Shown here: in pieces, positions 13,101-26,650 of the stretch | How positions within the stretch are numbered: position 1 is the stretch's first letter | Layout: the number at the start of each line of letters is the position of its first letter | Origin: Azolla caroliniana | Lineage: Eukaryota; Plantae; Polypodiophyta | Assembly: GCA_043228905.1 (NCBI GenBank) | Contig: JBHGNT010000005.1 | Span: forward strand, 1,922,001-1,986,000 | Direction: 5' to 3' | Length of the DNA stretch: 64,000 nt | Program-made: the position numbers and the translations under genes | The notes under the pieces: generated by a model | Database searches by the model: none | What the model was told of the DNA's origin: nothing | The model's input: only the letters and a program-made list of their open reading frames with translations

Positions 13101-13592
13101 AAAATCATATTGTATTAACAAAGGCTTCCATGGATGGACATCTTTTTTATCTTATTTTATCAACCACTCTCAAGGTGATATAGGCACACCCATTTCATTC
13201 TAGCTTTTCACATCCTCTCATTTGTTTGTATCGAATATACTCTTTTGTTTGAAAAGGGTGCATTGATGTTGGCCATTACAGGTCGTGAATAAATGACTCG
13301 AGCTTCCAACATGTGGTTTCATACAATGAATTGCGAGAAAATATACTGGAAGATGTAGCATTTACGGACATTTCGAAACACTTCGAGGGTAATTTCATGG
13401 GGCCGCATGGGTATGGGCCGGCCATTGAATTGATATGATAAGTTCAAATCAATGGTTCATACTATAGAACAATTTGATCGAAGATGTTTTAACAACCAAT
13501 GGTGGTATTGTCATGGCAGGCACATCACGGAACATTTCCTAGGGCCAAAACATGGAAGGGAAAGGAATCACCCAATCAATCCATAGGCCCAA

Positions 13593-13635
13593 AGAAGAAG
13601 AAGAAGAAGAAGAAGAAGAAGAAGAAGAAGAAGAA
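13593..13635. repeat. (AAG)n microsatellite upstream of the E1 gene
   Basis: Pure trinucleotide run that explains the poly-K ORF 13499-13705. Confidence 0.9.
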
Positions 13636-14005
13636 ATGTCACGGAATACATGGGTACCATAGCCGAATTATTTTATTTTGTGTTGGATTTGCTGTTGTTA
13701 TTTAGTGATTTAGGTATGTATGCATAGAACATGTGTGTGTGTGTCTATTCAAGTCTCACAAGAAAAGAAACAGAGCCTAATTCATACTCTGTTTTTTTTG
13801 TTCGCATTCACCCACAGAGCGGAGGGGAGGGAAGGAGAGAGAGAGAGAGAGACAGAGCGAGCGAGCGAGAGAGACGCCATTAGAGTTCTTCTTTTATCCT
13901 TTCTCTTTCCACTGAATCTATGTTTGTCTATCTCTACACCTCGTCATGAACCCATCTTCATCTTCTTCGCTTCGTTGACAGATGATTTAGAAAGTGGCCT
14001 CAGAA

Positions 14006-17000
14006 ATGGTGACTATGGAAGTTGATCGAGAGAATGTGCTTCAAGTTTCTTCACACAACTCAGAAATTGACGTGGATGAACTTCAGTACTCTCGCCTAAT
14101 CTACACAATCGGCAAAGATGCAATGAAATCTATCCGGAATAGCAGAGCATTAATTGTGGGTTGCAGAGGGGTAGGGGCAGAGATAGCTAAAAACCTTCTA
14201 TTAAGTGGGATAGAAAGATTAGGTCTTTCTGACCAAGGCGCAGTTTCTATGGCTGACCTTGGCTCGAATTTCTGCCTCCGGGAGCAAGACTTGGGTCGGA
14301 ATCGTGCAGTCGTGTTGTCTGAACGTCTACAAGATTTTGGTCGTCCATGTGGTTTCCACATGGACAATGATGCCACTATGAACCGCATTGTTGTTGTTGC
14401 AGAATCTACAATCGAAGATGCCATCGTCTCTTACCATGTGGTCATTGCTACCTCGGGTTCGATTCCTGAGCTTTCTTGGCTCAATTCTCTTTGTCGCACA
14501 TCAAATATCCCTTTTATCGCATCACAGACTCGTGGGTTATTTTCCTATGTATTTGCGGATCTCGGAGATTCCTTTGATTTCCAAGATAATCATGATGATT
14601 CGTCGAGTTTGATCCTCATTGCCAATGTCACACAAGATTCCCCAGCCACAGTCACAGTTGTCGAAGAACAAAGGCATGGTTTAGAGGATGGTGATGATGT
14701 TGTATTCACTGGTATCAAAGGTATGCAAGAGCTCAACCAGGATACTAATTCTGGCAGTAACAGTTATAGAGTAACTGTAACTGGAAGCCATACATTTAGC
14801 ATTCCAGTTGATACTCGAGGGTTTGGAAGGTATTTATCAGGTGGATATTTCCAAAAACTCATTCCTATGAAGAAATTCAGTTATATTCCACTTGAATTGG
14901 CACTGGGAAACCCAATATTCTCAGCTATGGATAACCTGGAGCTCTCACATGAGCCCCACATCCATGTGGCTCTACAAGCTATCGATGAGTTCATACGATC
15001 AAACAAGGACAACGATGTGATATCAAACACTGATATTGATAACATAGTGACAAGAGCCCAAGAGATATGGGAAGTATCTAATTTATCAACAAGCAGGTAC
15101 TATATGATTGACAACAAGGAGAGAATAGGTACTTCTACCCTGGAGTTAGAATGCTTAGAAAACAAGGAAAAGGAAGATAATACGATGCAGAATGAGAATG
15201 GTGAAGATAAAGCTCAAGAACATCATGAAGTAAAATTTTCAGTTTTGTTGGGTAATTTAGATGAGAAGCTTGTGAGGACTTTGGCTCACACAATGAATGT
15301 GGAGTTGTGCCCTTTGGTTGCTTTAACTGGAGGACTAGCCGCACAAGAAGTCATAAAGGTGTATATCATTTCTCATTTTCGTGCATAAATGAATTACAGA
15401 CAATGTATAAAAGGATACCCATCCTACAAGGGGCAATATGTCAATTCTACTCCATATAGTTCTAAAAATATCAGTAATGCCCCCAATATCAAAGTAAGAG
15501 TTTAAATATTGATTTTTCCTTTTTACTAGAAAGTAAGGTTGAATAGCTATATTTAACATGAATTCTGAAAGCAGATTGGTTGTTAGGATGTTTAATAAGC
15601 CAAATTATAGAATTGTGATAAAATGTTGTCTATGGTAATTCCAATTCTTTTTACAGGTCATAGGGAAGATATTTACACCATTGCATCAATGGATCTACTA
15701 TGATGTAGTTGACTGTGCCCCATCTCAATTTATAAACATTACAGATAATGCTCCACTGCAATCACGTTATGATATGCAGATAGCATTGTTTGGTCAAGAA
15801 TTTCAGCAAAAACTTGGCAGTTTGCAGGTACTAATGCTCCGTATGTGCTTTCAAGTTAAAATTTGAAGAGTGAAAGGTTTGAGCTTTGGACTTCTAATGC
15901 GCTCAATGAGGCATAATTAAAGCTCAAAAATCTACATTATATGAATCTATTGCTCAAACTTTGATTTTCATGATCGTTACCCAATTCATTGGGAAATTGG
16001 AATGATATAATTCCTTGCCTCTTTGTCCAGTGGCTGGTTGTTGGTGCTGGTGGGATTGGATGTGAAGTATTGAAGAACCTTGTCCTTATGGGAGTAGGTT
16101 GCGGTCCAAGTGGTAGTATCACAATCTCAGATATGGACCGTGTTTCAAAGCCTAATTATACAGATCAGTTATTATATCACATAGATGATCTAGGGAAACA
16201 CAAAGCAGCTACAGCGGGACGAGCTCTACGTAAGATAAATCCTGAAGCCCAAATCCGGGCTCTTCAAGAAAGATTTGATGTGGAGACAGAACACATATTC
16301 GATTTATCGTTTTTTCAGTCATTATCAGGTTCGTAGTCGTTGAATTCTTTATTTAAAACCTTACAATCTTGGTGCCAGTTTTATTTAAATGAATGACATG
16401 TTGGTTATTGTATATGTTGATTTTGGCTAGTATTTTTTTGAAGTGCAGTATCTTATAAAGCTGAATTTTTAATATTATTATCCCCCCACAAGTTAATCTC
16501 TTGTTTGGTCCATGGGTGGTTATTGATGAAATATAGAATTTGAGATCGTCATGTGCAATACACTAGTCACATGCCATACGATTTTGTCACTGTTTGTTAT
16601 CTCGTATCCCGAGTTTCTGTGAACACACTCTGTACCTCACTCTAGTTATATGCACACTATTTACATAAAAAGGAAAGGAAATTTAAAATAAGCAAATGAT
16701 ACAGTCAAAATAAGCATGTGATACAATCAAATGAGATTTTTCAACTTCGGCATGAACAAGAATCTTCATCAAATACTTCAAGTCGTCATGCATATATTTT
16801 ATAGGCACACTTGATGATGTAATCTATGTGGAAATACACATTTCCATTTAGCTATAATTTATTTAGAGTTTATTCACATTAGGGAAATCATGGAGCTGAG
16901 CTACAGGCTATGGAGTAGTTTGTTGCAGAATCAAAGATTCAAGACCAAAAGGGGATTTGGATGGCCTTCAAGTATAGCTTACCACTATTGGGAGGAGATT

Positions 17001-20000
17001 ATGAAGTTGAAATGGAATGGAAAAAGAGACTCTAGGTGTTATGGCTAGGGATTTGGACCCAACTCCGTGGATTGGATGATTTCAAACACAATTCACATTC
17101 TAGGCTTATGATTCTAAAGGGGATTTTTTTCACTGTCACATTCCATGTGTGCTGGTACTAAAGAGAGGTTTGTAGAAGATGGAGGATATCTATAACCAAT
17201 GAGGATGGAGGATATCTATAACCAATCAGGCTTAGGTAAAAAGCAGGCCTATCTGTTTTTTTATTCTTGGAGATATGTAGTTTTGGTTGTAGCAGAGAGT
17301 AGTTGTCTGATTTCATTTGACTCCATCAAGACTCTTCTTTTTCACCTTGGAGATGATCCTTCACGATGGCAACGATGATCAGCAATATTTTCATCTCGCT
17401 TTCCAGCATCACCTTATGGTTCATCTGCAAGAGTGGATGCTCGCAGATACTTGGTGAACATAACTTAGTATTTTATATATTCCTGTTTCTAATAAAATGA
17501 AACTTCTTAAATATCTCATGCTCCAATCGTACACCCACCTAAAACCTTTTTTTATATTTGAACGGTTCAAGAGGAGGGGCATTTCTAGTCCTGACAATGA
17601 AGGAAACACATTCCAAACTATCGGTGAACAGATATTAGATTCATCACCATAAACATTTGTATTTCGAATGTTTCAAGAGGGGCAATCATTTCTAGTTCTG
17701 ACAATTAAGGAAGCACATTCCAATCTATCAGTGGACAGATACTAGATTCATCACTATTTCCGGTATCATCTTAGGGTGTGTTTGGGAAAGCCAATATTCT
17801 TAGATTCATAGATCCAATGTTCTAAGATCCTTGGTAGGCAGCTATGATCTACATTAGATACTTCGAAGAATGGTTCTACTGGCGATTCGAAGGCTGCAAA
17901 GGAAATCTAATTAGTCTGTCATATCTTGGGGACAATCTCACCTATTTTTTGACTTTGCTCTTGGTGACATTACCTGGGGTATTTACTTCCACAGTGGATT
18001 TTCATGCCTTGCTATTCTTAGGCTTCCTGATTGAGAAACTTTAGCTGATTCTAATGCGTATATTACTTTTGCATTATCCTCCAAAGTAGGGCACATGGCA
18101 ATTATGATGGACTTTTTTCTGCAGGTAATATAAGCCATGCTCTCTGAATAAAGCAGTTAAGAATTTGGTAATCAGGAATATGGACACTGTTATGTGTGTC
18201 TCGCCTCTTGTATGAGCATACTGATCCATTTTATGTTTAGTATTCATTCTTTTATGTGACTTATTCCAGTTGATATTTTAATTTTATGTGTATGTGCTGC
18301 AGGTGTGTTCTCAGCAGTTGATACTGCATCCTCCCGGCTATATATAGACATGCGTTGTGTTACTTCCCGTAGGCCTATGATTGATGGCGGAAAGCATGAC
18401 ACACGGGGAAGTGTTCAGGTAATGCATGCTGACTACACAGTTGTGCAAATTTTGGAGTATTGATCAATAAACATTGTTTCATTTTGTTTCATGTATTACT
18501 TTTGTATAGGTGTTTCTTCCATTCCAGTCTGAGATGTATGCATCATCACGTGATCCTCCCGAGTTCAAGGAAACTCCTATATGCACTTTGAGGAACTTTC
18601 CCTATTCTACAGAACATACAATCCGGTGGGCTGTAGAAACATTTGAGTCTCTCTTCAAGCAAAGACCTGAGGATGTGAATGCTTACTTGTCAAATCGAGC
18701 CTTTCAAGATTCAATAAGGAAGGAAAATCCCTCTGCACGTCTTCCCATACTTGAAACTCTATGTGATTCTCTTTCAAGATATAAGCCATTAAGGTATTAA
18801 ACAGTTGTTTATGTCATTCTCATGTGCCATGTTATCTGGTCCTTGTCCTCTCTGTATGCTTGTAGGTAGGTGATCCTAGTAGATTTTCTTCAATTAAGGA
18901 CTCGACTAATTATTACTTCATTATGATATTATGACCGTGCATGTAGATGTCCTATTAGATATCTTTCAATTATGTCATCTTAGTAGAAATCAACATATGT
19001 TTGTATGTCCTTTGATTATTATTAACATACTGCTTTTTGATTTGCTATTTTAGCTTTGCAGCATGTATTCAGTGGGCAAGATTGCAATTTGAAGAGCTCT
19101 TTTCAAATAGTGTTAAACAGGTACTGCAGTTGAGAATATGTAATCTTGGCTGGATAAAGTGACATTGTTTTGTAGATATCAATATACAAGGTTGCATTCA
19201 CTTGTATTCATGTCTCTATTCTTTTGAAGATAACATATCCAATCTGCTATTTGTTTATTAAAGAATTTCTCTCAATGCATTTATATGCAGAATATAGAAT
19301 TCTATCTGTATGAGTTTCTTCAATCCAAGGAATGGGATACTTATACTTATGCCCGTAAGCATAGAGGCTTAGGATTGTTTCAAGTTGTGTAGTTCATTAA
19401 TGGCATAAAACATAGTACTCTTTGAGATTGGGCTGAAATGTGACAGTGGACACTGAAAAGTACAAGAGCTTTAAAAGAAATATCTGTATGGTTGACAGCA
19501 TGAATGAACAGCATACAATTTTTTCCTTGCTCTATGTAAAAGAATTTAGCATCTTTCCTCGAAATGAAGTGCACTAACTTACAGTAAAAAAACATTTCTT
19601 AACATTGAACAAATTGGTCATGCAAGTCACGGTTTAAAAATAGAGAAATAAATTTATCATAGTCCTTCTCAACCTGATCTAGTAACAGCTAATGGACATT
19701 TTATGTTGATTTGCATTACAACTTGTTAAACCACTCTGCACATCCATGTATCATGATATATACATGGTTCACGAAATAAAAGTTCTTACTTGCATATAAT
19801 ACTCGATTGGGTTACTCAAGGGCTCAAGATGCAGTAACATGAACAATATAGATAAGGAGGTTGGGCATTGATAAATATCCAACTCCAAATGTTCGTTGCT
19901 ATGCATCTAACACCAAAGTATCGTATCTCATAATTTGGCCACATGGAAATTTGAATCAATGCTACAAACAATTAATATAATCCATCCTTGAAACAAAGCC

Positions 20001-23000
20001 ATTACATAGGGAACACTTTAAAGTATGCAGATAACCTGCAATTATCCGCATTCATCCAAATGTTTCCTCAAGTTTATGCCTCTTTTCTTATTTTCTAATG
20101 TGATGTTTACAATTATCAGGGTTTGTGTTTTGCATAATTTTGACTTTGAAAGCTAGAAAATGCACATTTTTCTATATTTCTTTGCATTCTCTGTCTAACT
20201 CCACTTAAAATGGCATCTACCACCCATTTATTTCTAATGATTTGCCTTGTATGCCTGGAATTGGAGATCTGGAATTCTCTGGACTTTTGGTGAGATTAGG
20301 TGCTATATGCATCATATTTCTTGTTATGGCATTATCGTAGAGTGTATACCTTCTAGTTTGTTGTGTTTTTTTTATGACACATAAAAGACTCGTTTAGTAG
20401 GCTAATTTGGCTTGTGTTAAGATCCTAGTATACCTTTCTATCTACATTCTCATTTCTACACCATGGGACTTAGGGATAGCGTATATCTCAAATATGACAG
20501 TCCCTTGGGTAGTATTGGATCTGTATTTCACAGGTTTAACCTAACAATGTCTTCCGTTCTACAGCTTTCTTTCAATTTTCCAGAGGGCATGATGACGACT
20601 ACTGGTGCACCATTCTGGAGTGGAACTAAACGGCCACCAGTCCCTATAGTGTTTGATGCAATGGTAGCTTTACACTATGATTTCATTGTTGCAGCCTCTA
20701 ATCTTCAGGCAACTGTATATGGATTGAAGGGTTGCCAGGATCGTTCTCTGTTTATGGATGTCCTGCAGACCATAGAAGTACCTGTATTTCAGCCGAAGGT
20801 ATAGTCAGAAACATGAGCTTCGAAACTTCATTTTAAAGTTCAGAGTCGGAAATAGGAAATTGATTTATGATGGGATTTATAGGAAGGTGTCAAAATAGCA
20901 GTTTCTGACAATGATTTAAGGAGTGGAGGGCAGAAGAGTATTTTCAGCTCAGAAGATAATGATGCTGCAGAAAAATGTGAAGCTTTAATGCAGGAGCTTC
21001 CTACTCCAGCATCACTTGCGGTAAGCCTGCAATAATCTTCATGCTCTATGGCTCAACAATAATTTCTAATTTCCCCCCTCTAAAATGTGCTCTTTGTTAC
21101 TGGTTTCTGCTTTGTGTACATCATCTTGTTGTATTTGTTTTGCTGATTTCTTTAAGGGTGCATGCACTAATATTTGACTGTTGATAAACAGTTTTAAGGT
21201 TTATATCTGTGCTGTGTATCTGTATGAGAGCCAATTGTTTCTTAGAGATGGCCCTCCTATATAAAACTGACTAATAAAAATGCACTTCAGAATTCATTAA
21301 TTAATCTTGATTTACAACATTTTTAGAGACACTATGTGAATAATGTGTAATGTGGTGAGGAACGATCTAGTGTGATGATCTCTAACACTGTCTTGAGTCC
21401 TCATCAACAGAAAAACCTGTCTTGCACATAAAGACACAAGATCTAATGTGGAAACCAATAAACTTCTCTAAGAAATACCAAAGAATAAGAAAAGGCTGGC
21501 ATGGTAGGTCATAAGGTTAGAAAAAGCAAGATGACCAAGATGTAATTGGATCCTTTGATCCTCCCTTCTGTCCAGCCTCTGCTTATGTAATTGTTATGAG
21601 CGTATGCTTAACCTTAAGAAGCATGAGCTCGAGCTTTGATCTAGTGATGGTTTGTATGTTGCATTAGAAGCACAAACATAAAATTTCATAGCTATATGGC
21701 TAAGGAAATTGCAAGGTGAGCTCATTTGCATCAGTGACTATAGTAAAAGAAGCCCATCATCAAACATCACTATAGGTCTGGTGGTGCTATATATGAGGCC
21801 TAGTGTCCTAAGTGAATACTCACAGTAGTGAATGCTGTTAACTTACATTGGCCTCATTAAAGGATTGTCACTGATTTCCTGGTTTGTCTCTCCTCTTTTT
21901 CTTTTAATCCTCTTTGGAGCTCTGATGGCAGATGAGATGTGTAAGGACCTTTATGGTCTCAGTAGTTTTATGTACTAGGCCTAATGGTTTTATTTAGATA
22001 TTCATATAAGTGAAGGTTATTTAACTTATTTTGGTGTCATGAAAGGATTACCACCGATTTTCTTTCTTGTTACATCCTCCTTTTTCTTTGCTTGGAGTTC
22101 TGATGTCACATATGATTGTTTATCTAGGGATATAGGCTGACACCTATAGAGTTTGAGAAGGATGATGAACGGAACTTTCATTTGGAGTTTGTGGTTGCTG
22201 CTGCGAATCTACGGGCGCAGAACTATGGAATACCGCCATCGGATATTTTACAGGTTCAGCTATTAGCTACTTATATCTAAGAAGAATGAAATTCCATGTC
22301 TTAATGAAGGATAATTTACTGTTGATATTTCCTGGTTAATTTTGTTTATAGAAGATTTGAAGAGACAATAGGACAATTTTTTAAATATACTGGAACTATT
22401 TCAGGTTCGGCTTGTTGGCGGAAGAGCCATTCCTTCAGTTGTTACTACAACGTCTGTTGTTGCTGGGCTTATGTGCCTTGAGCTCTACAAAATTGTTTTA
22501 GAGAAGCCAATTGATTGTTTTAAGCATTCCTATTTAAATCTGGCTGTGCCCATGATATCAAATGCAGAACCAATAAAGGCTGTAGTAAACACGGTATGCT
22601 TTCAGGTGCTGTTTTGCGTTTATTTCTGTTGATATTCTCTCGTAATAGAAAAGATAAAACAGGTGGAAAGGATTGATCGTCCTCCTCTTCTCTGGACACT
22701 CTGGGACAAGTTCGAAATGAATTGTGTGGGCATGTCATTAGAAAGATTCCTGAGAGAGTTCAAGCAGCAACATGGGCTCGAGGTAAGAATGGTATTTAAC
22801 ACACAGTTGTATGTCAATAACATTATGTAGAAAGCCCCCATAGAAGTCAAATCGTCTAGCTTTAATTTAACAATGATTTTAGTATGCATTTTAAGTTAAT
22901 TCATATAAAAACATCTATTAACATGCAGAGACGCTTGCTATTTCTGTTTGCTACCATCTTTTGAAAAACTTGAAATGGCAGTCTAAGCTATTTATGGAAC

Positions 23001-25784
23001 AAAAACACTTTGGTATACAAATACAGAAATGATAAAAATGAAAATTGATCACCAACAAGAAGATAAACAAATAATACAAGATAAAGTAGCCTTTTTGGAG
23101 GATAGAAGACTCCTAGTTGCACTATAATCTTCACCATAAAAGTAAAGAATGAGGACCTCAAGTATAGGTCTCAACCTTAAATGATGCCCGACAGCTTGGT
23201 TATGTTGAAACAGAATCATGTCAAGAACATAGGAAATTTGGCAATACTCTGTGATTTCTGGCTTTTCTGTTTCTCTGCATATGGCATGATGAAAGTCCCA
23301 AATTCTTTATGCTATATACCCTCTCTGGACTGAAGAACAAAGATTAATTTACATCAATCAGTTGTTTGAACCCCAACTCAAGTTGGCGCCAACTTACCCC
23401 TGAATATACCCACGGTCTGAATATCTCAGGGATGCTTCTTAAATCTATATCTTGTTTTTATTTCAAATCGAAATGAAATATAAATATTCTATCTGCCACT
23501 GCAGTGTAAGTAGATTGATTCAGTATTTCTACAAAATAATGACGAATTGGCTGGTATCACCCTCGAAGTGGGTATTTATTGTGTTTTGTGCACTGTGAAA
23601 ACAACACCACACCCACACACACAGTGTGGACATATTTTTAAAGGAAAAGGAATAAAGTCGATGATACAAAGGATAACAGTACATGACACAATCTTTGAGT
23701 AAATACTAATGACTCATTTCGAATGGATCATTGTGAAGAACTCTACTGTAATTACAAATTTTTTTTCGGCCATTTAGATATCTTACTTGTTTTCTACAAG
23801 TTGGGATCTCATTTGCGTTTTCAGAAAACCTGATTCCTGGAGTTCTCTTCAAACAGGTTGTTTCATTCCGAATGTTTGTAACTTCCTGTGGCATCACAGG
23901 CCCTTTTCTTGGGTTCTGCTAAGTGAATGGTATTTATGCGATAATCAGGAGGTACTGTTAGAAATAATCTGATGAGTTTTGCCAGAACTTGTCGTTACAT
24001 TTGCATCAACCTTCCAATGGGAGATGTAGAGGCTTTTGAGTTGGATGTTCGAGAAGTTACCTGCCTCTCTATTTCTGAGTGAGGAGTTGACAGAATATCC
24101 CTCTAAATTAAATTGATGAGGATTTGACTCTGCGAGGGATGTAGGAAGATTGACCCCAGCCGCTTCCTACGTGCATCGGTTGTAGTTTTCTGTAATTCTG
24201 TCAAGTTAATGAAGTGGTAAGTACTCAACGAAATCGATGAAATGGGGGTGGAGTAGGTGGCATACTGTGGGCTTAATGATGTAAGTCGATGTTAAACTAA
24301 TGATATAAGTTGATGTTAAACTCAATAATCAATGAGATCAAGTTAATGAAGTGGTAAGTACTCAACGAAATCGATGAAATGGGGGTGGAGTAGGTGGCAT
24401 ACTGTGGGCTTAATGATGTAAGTCGATGTTAAACTAATGATATAAGTTGATGTTAAACTCAATAATCAATGAGATCAACAAAATGGGGATGAGGTAGGCA
24501 GCATATTGAGGGTTCAACGATATGATTTGATTTATTAAACTAGTGAAGATTGATTAGTTCTTAACCTCTAGCATTCCCTCCCAAAATGGAAATGAATCAT
24601 AAACTATAGAGTCACTGCAAAGGTAAGAGTATGAGGGCTGAGTAAAAAAGACTAGCTTGTTTCGGGAAAGATGAGGTGCAGGGTAATGATTCTTTCAAGA
24701 AGATATCTGTCAGAAGAAATCAATTAGTAATTGGCTTGGATTGAAGCATTGTTTGGATTCTGATCCACGGGCAGGGTGTGGATACACAGACCCTCCATTG
24801 CTTCGAATAGATCAGAAATAAATCGAGCAACCATCTGGCAATATCCCGATAGATTGTTTTGATGATGAATCCATAAGCTTGGTAACTCGTCTCCCACTAG
24901 TTTGTTATGGGAGAAAAATAAAGCAAAAATTATACTTTTAGATATTAAGCAACTGTGAGGTCACTTCCATAACAGGGGTTTGTGGTTTCCTGTTACTTCC
25001 TTTTCACAAGCTCAAAATATGCTGTGAAGCCACTCTATCTGAATGTGTAAAATCAAATGGGAAATAGGCTTGCTTTTGGAAATATGCTTTTCTAACTGTC
25101 CAATTATGATATTAAAGTGATGAATATGATTTTAGTGTGACCACCAATTAAAGAAGTTACTGGATTGTAAAATGTGCACGTCTCTTTCTGCCTTTTGTAT
25201 ACACCCGAAGTAGTTTCTTGTTGTGTGCTACACAACAGGTGAACCTAAAGTTTCTGATTCATAATTGCAAGTCTTGTGATTATTTTCGCAAAAAGGAATT
25301 CAGATTCATTTATTGCCCAACAGACTTAAATAATGTTCAGTGTTTTATGTGTAAATGCATATGTATATCTACTTGTGCATGTCTGTACATATCAATAATG
25401 CATGTATGACAATGTGTGCTGTTCAATGACTCCATATGCCTAGAAGATTATGCTCCTTACGAGTTATAGATGAATTGTTAAAAGTCTTCCTGTAATTACA
25501 TTTTTCTTTGTATTTCTGTAATACTTCAAAAAACCTACTCTAATATCAATGCTTATACTTCACAGATTACGATGCTATCGTATGGTAAGAGTCTACTATA
25601 TGCTGAGTTTGTTCCTAAAAAGAAGCTACAGGAACGAATGCCTTTGTCTTTGCTGGACCTCATTACATCCGTTGCGAAAGTGACAATCCCGCCAAGAGAA
25701 AACCGGGTAGTGTTTTCAGTGTCATGCTCGGATGCCACTGATAACGATGTTGATGTTCCTGACATTGTAGTGGAAATCAGATAG
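14006..25784 (+). CDS. UBA1/UBA6-family ubiquitin(-like)-activating enzyme E1, divergent, about 1104 aa, 12 exons
   Basis: Inferred GT-AG exons: 14006-15358, 15657-15827, 16031-16328, 18303-18418, 18510-18793, 19054-19120, 20565-20798, 20883-21020, 22128-22253, 22405-22593, 22663-22782, 25566-25784. Phases join into one open frame. IAD (YSR, GCRGVGAEIAKN), FCCH (RHGLEDGD), AAD GAGGIGCE, catalytic Cys PICTLRNFP (TGC 18582-18584), FEKDD, NLRAQNYGI, and C-terminal UFD (WTLWDKF...ITMLSYGKSLLY). Confidence 0.93.
24201..24478. repeat. 137-bp tandem duplication in E1 intron 11
   Basis: Copies start at 24201 and 24338 and appear identical by eye, with TCAA at the junctions. Confidence 0.92.
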
Positions 25785-26289
25785 CGATGCTCCATTGGAA
25801 GAGGATGTGTTAGTTTTAGCGGTTAGTGTTAGTTAACTATCCTAACTGTACATATATATAAATATCCCGCGCCTCTTTCTGTTTGCATCCTTTTTGAGTG
25901 CTCAATTGTAAGTAAAGTCTGGAATATAAGCCATCACATTCCGGTAAGAATGTGCAATATACTATGTGATCTCTTTTAACAGTCTACATGTGACTCCTAC
26001 GAATGACAAGCTGTAGGATTGTTTACCAGAAAGTTTTGTCATCCATTACAAGGTTGGGGCATAGCTCCATCTTTCCATTGATGTTGTATAACTTTTCAAA
26101 GGCAGACCCAAAAGATGATTTCATTGATTGTATTCTCGAAATGGAAGTTGGTATACAAGTTTGGTGGTGTCATGGTGCTTTTGTGAGAGAGATTACTAAT
26201 CCAATAAAATGTGAACACTGTTCTTCCTGAAATGATTATGAACTGCTGGTTTGTGGGAATTTTTTAATGGCTGAGAAAATACTGAGGGA

Positions 26290-26650
26290 TTCGTATTTAA
26301 CACTTCCATAGAAGTAGCACAAACTGCCTTTCGCATATTATTCCTCTTGGCCTAAGAGGGAACGCAACAACAGAGACATCACTATTATAGGTAATATCTA
26401 AGACAAAGAGAAGGCATAAGAGCAATGGTTTATATCCAGGCTTTGGTACTTTAACTACATAGTATGATTTATGTCCAACTCTATCAAAGGCCTCATGGAG
26501 GATTTGGGTATCATCTACCCTGACACTCAAATGTCCAACAAAGATCCCTCTCCATCTACCATGATTACACCCTATCCATCAATAGTCCAATAAACCAATG
26601 GTGGCAACTAGTATGTGATTAATTGCTTGATTGCACCATCTCTGTTAATT
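26290..26650 (-). mobile_element. Degenerate LINE RT fragment
   Basis: LHEAFDRVGH resembles the RT domain-3 motif DF.KAFDRV.H. The rest is heavily decayed. Confidence 0.4.

Noticed and set aside
23000-24900. LINE ORF1 remnant in E1 intron 11 (and L1 3' remnant at about 16930-17430)
   Set aside because: Only faint motif traces that cannot be supported without a profile search.
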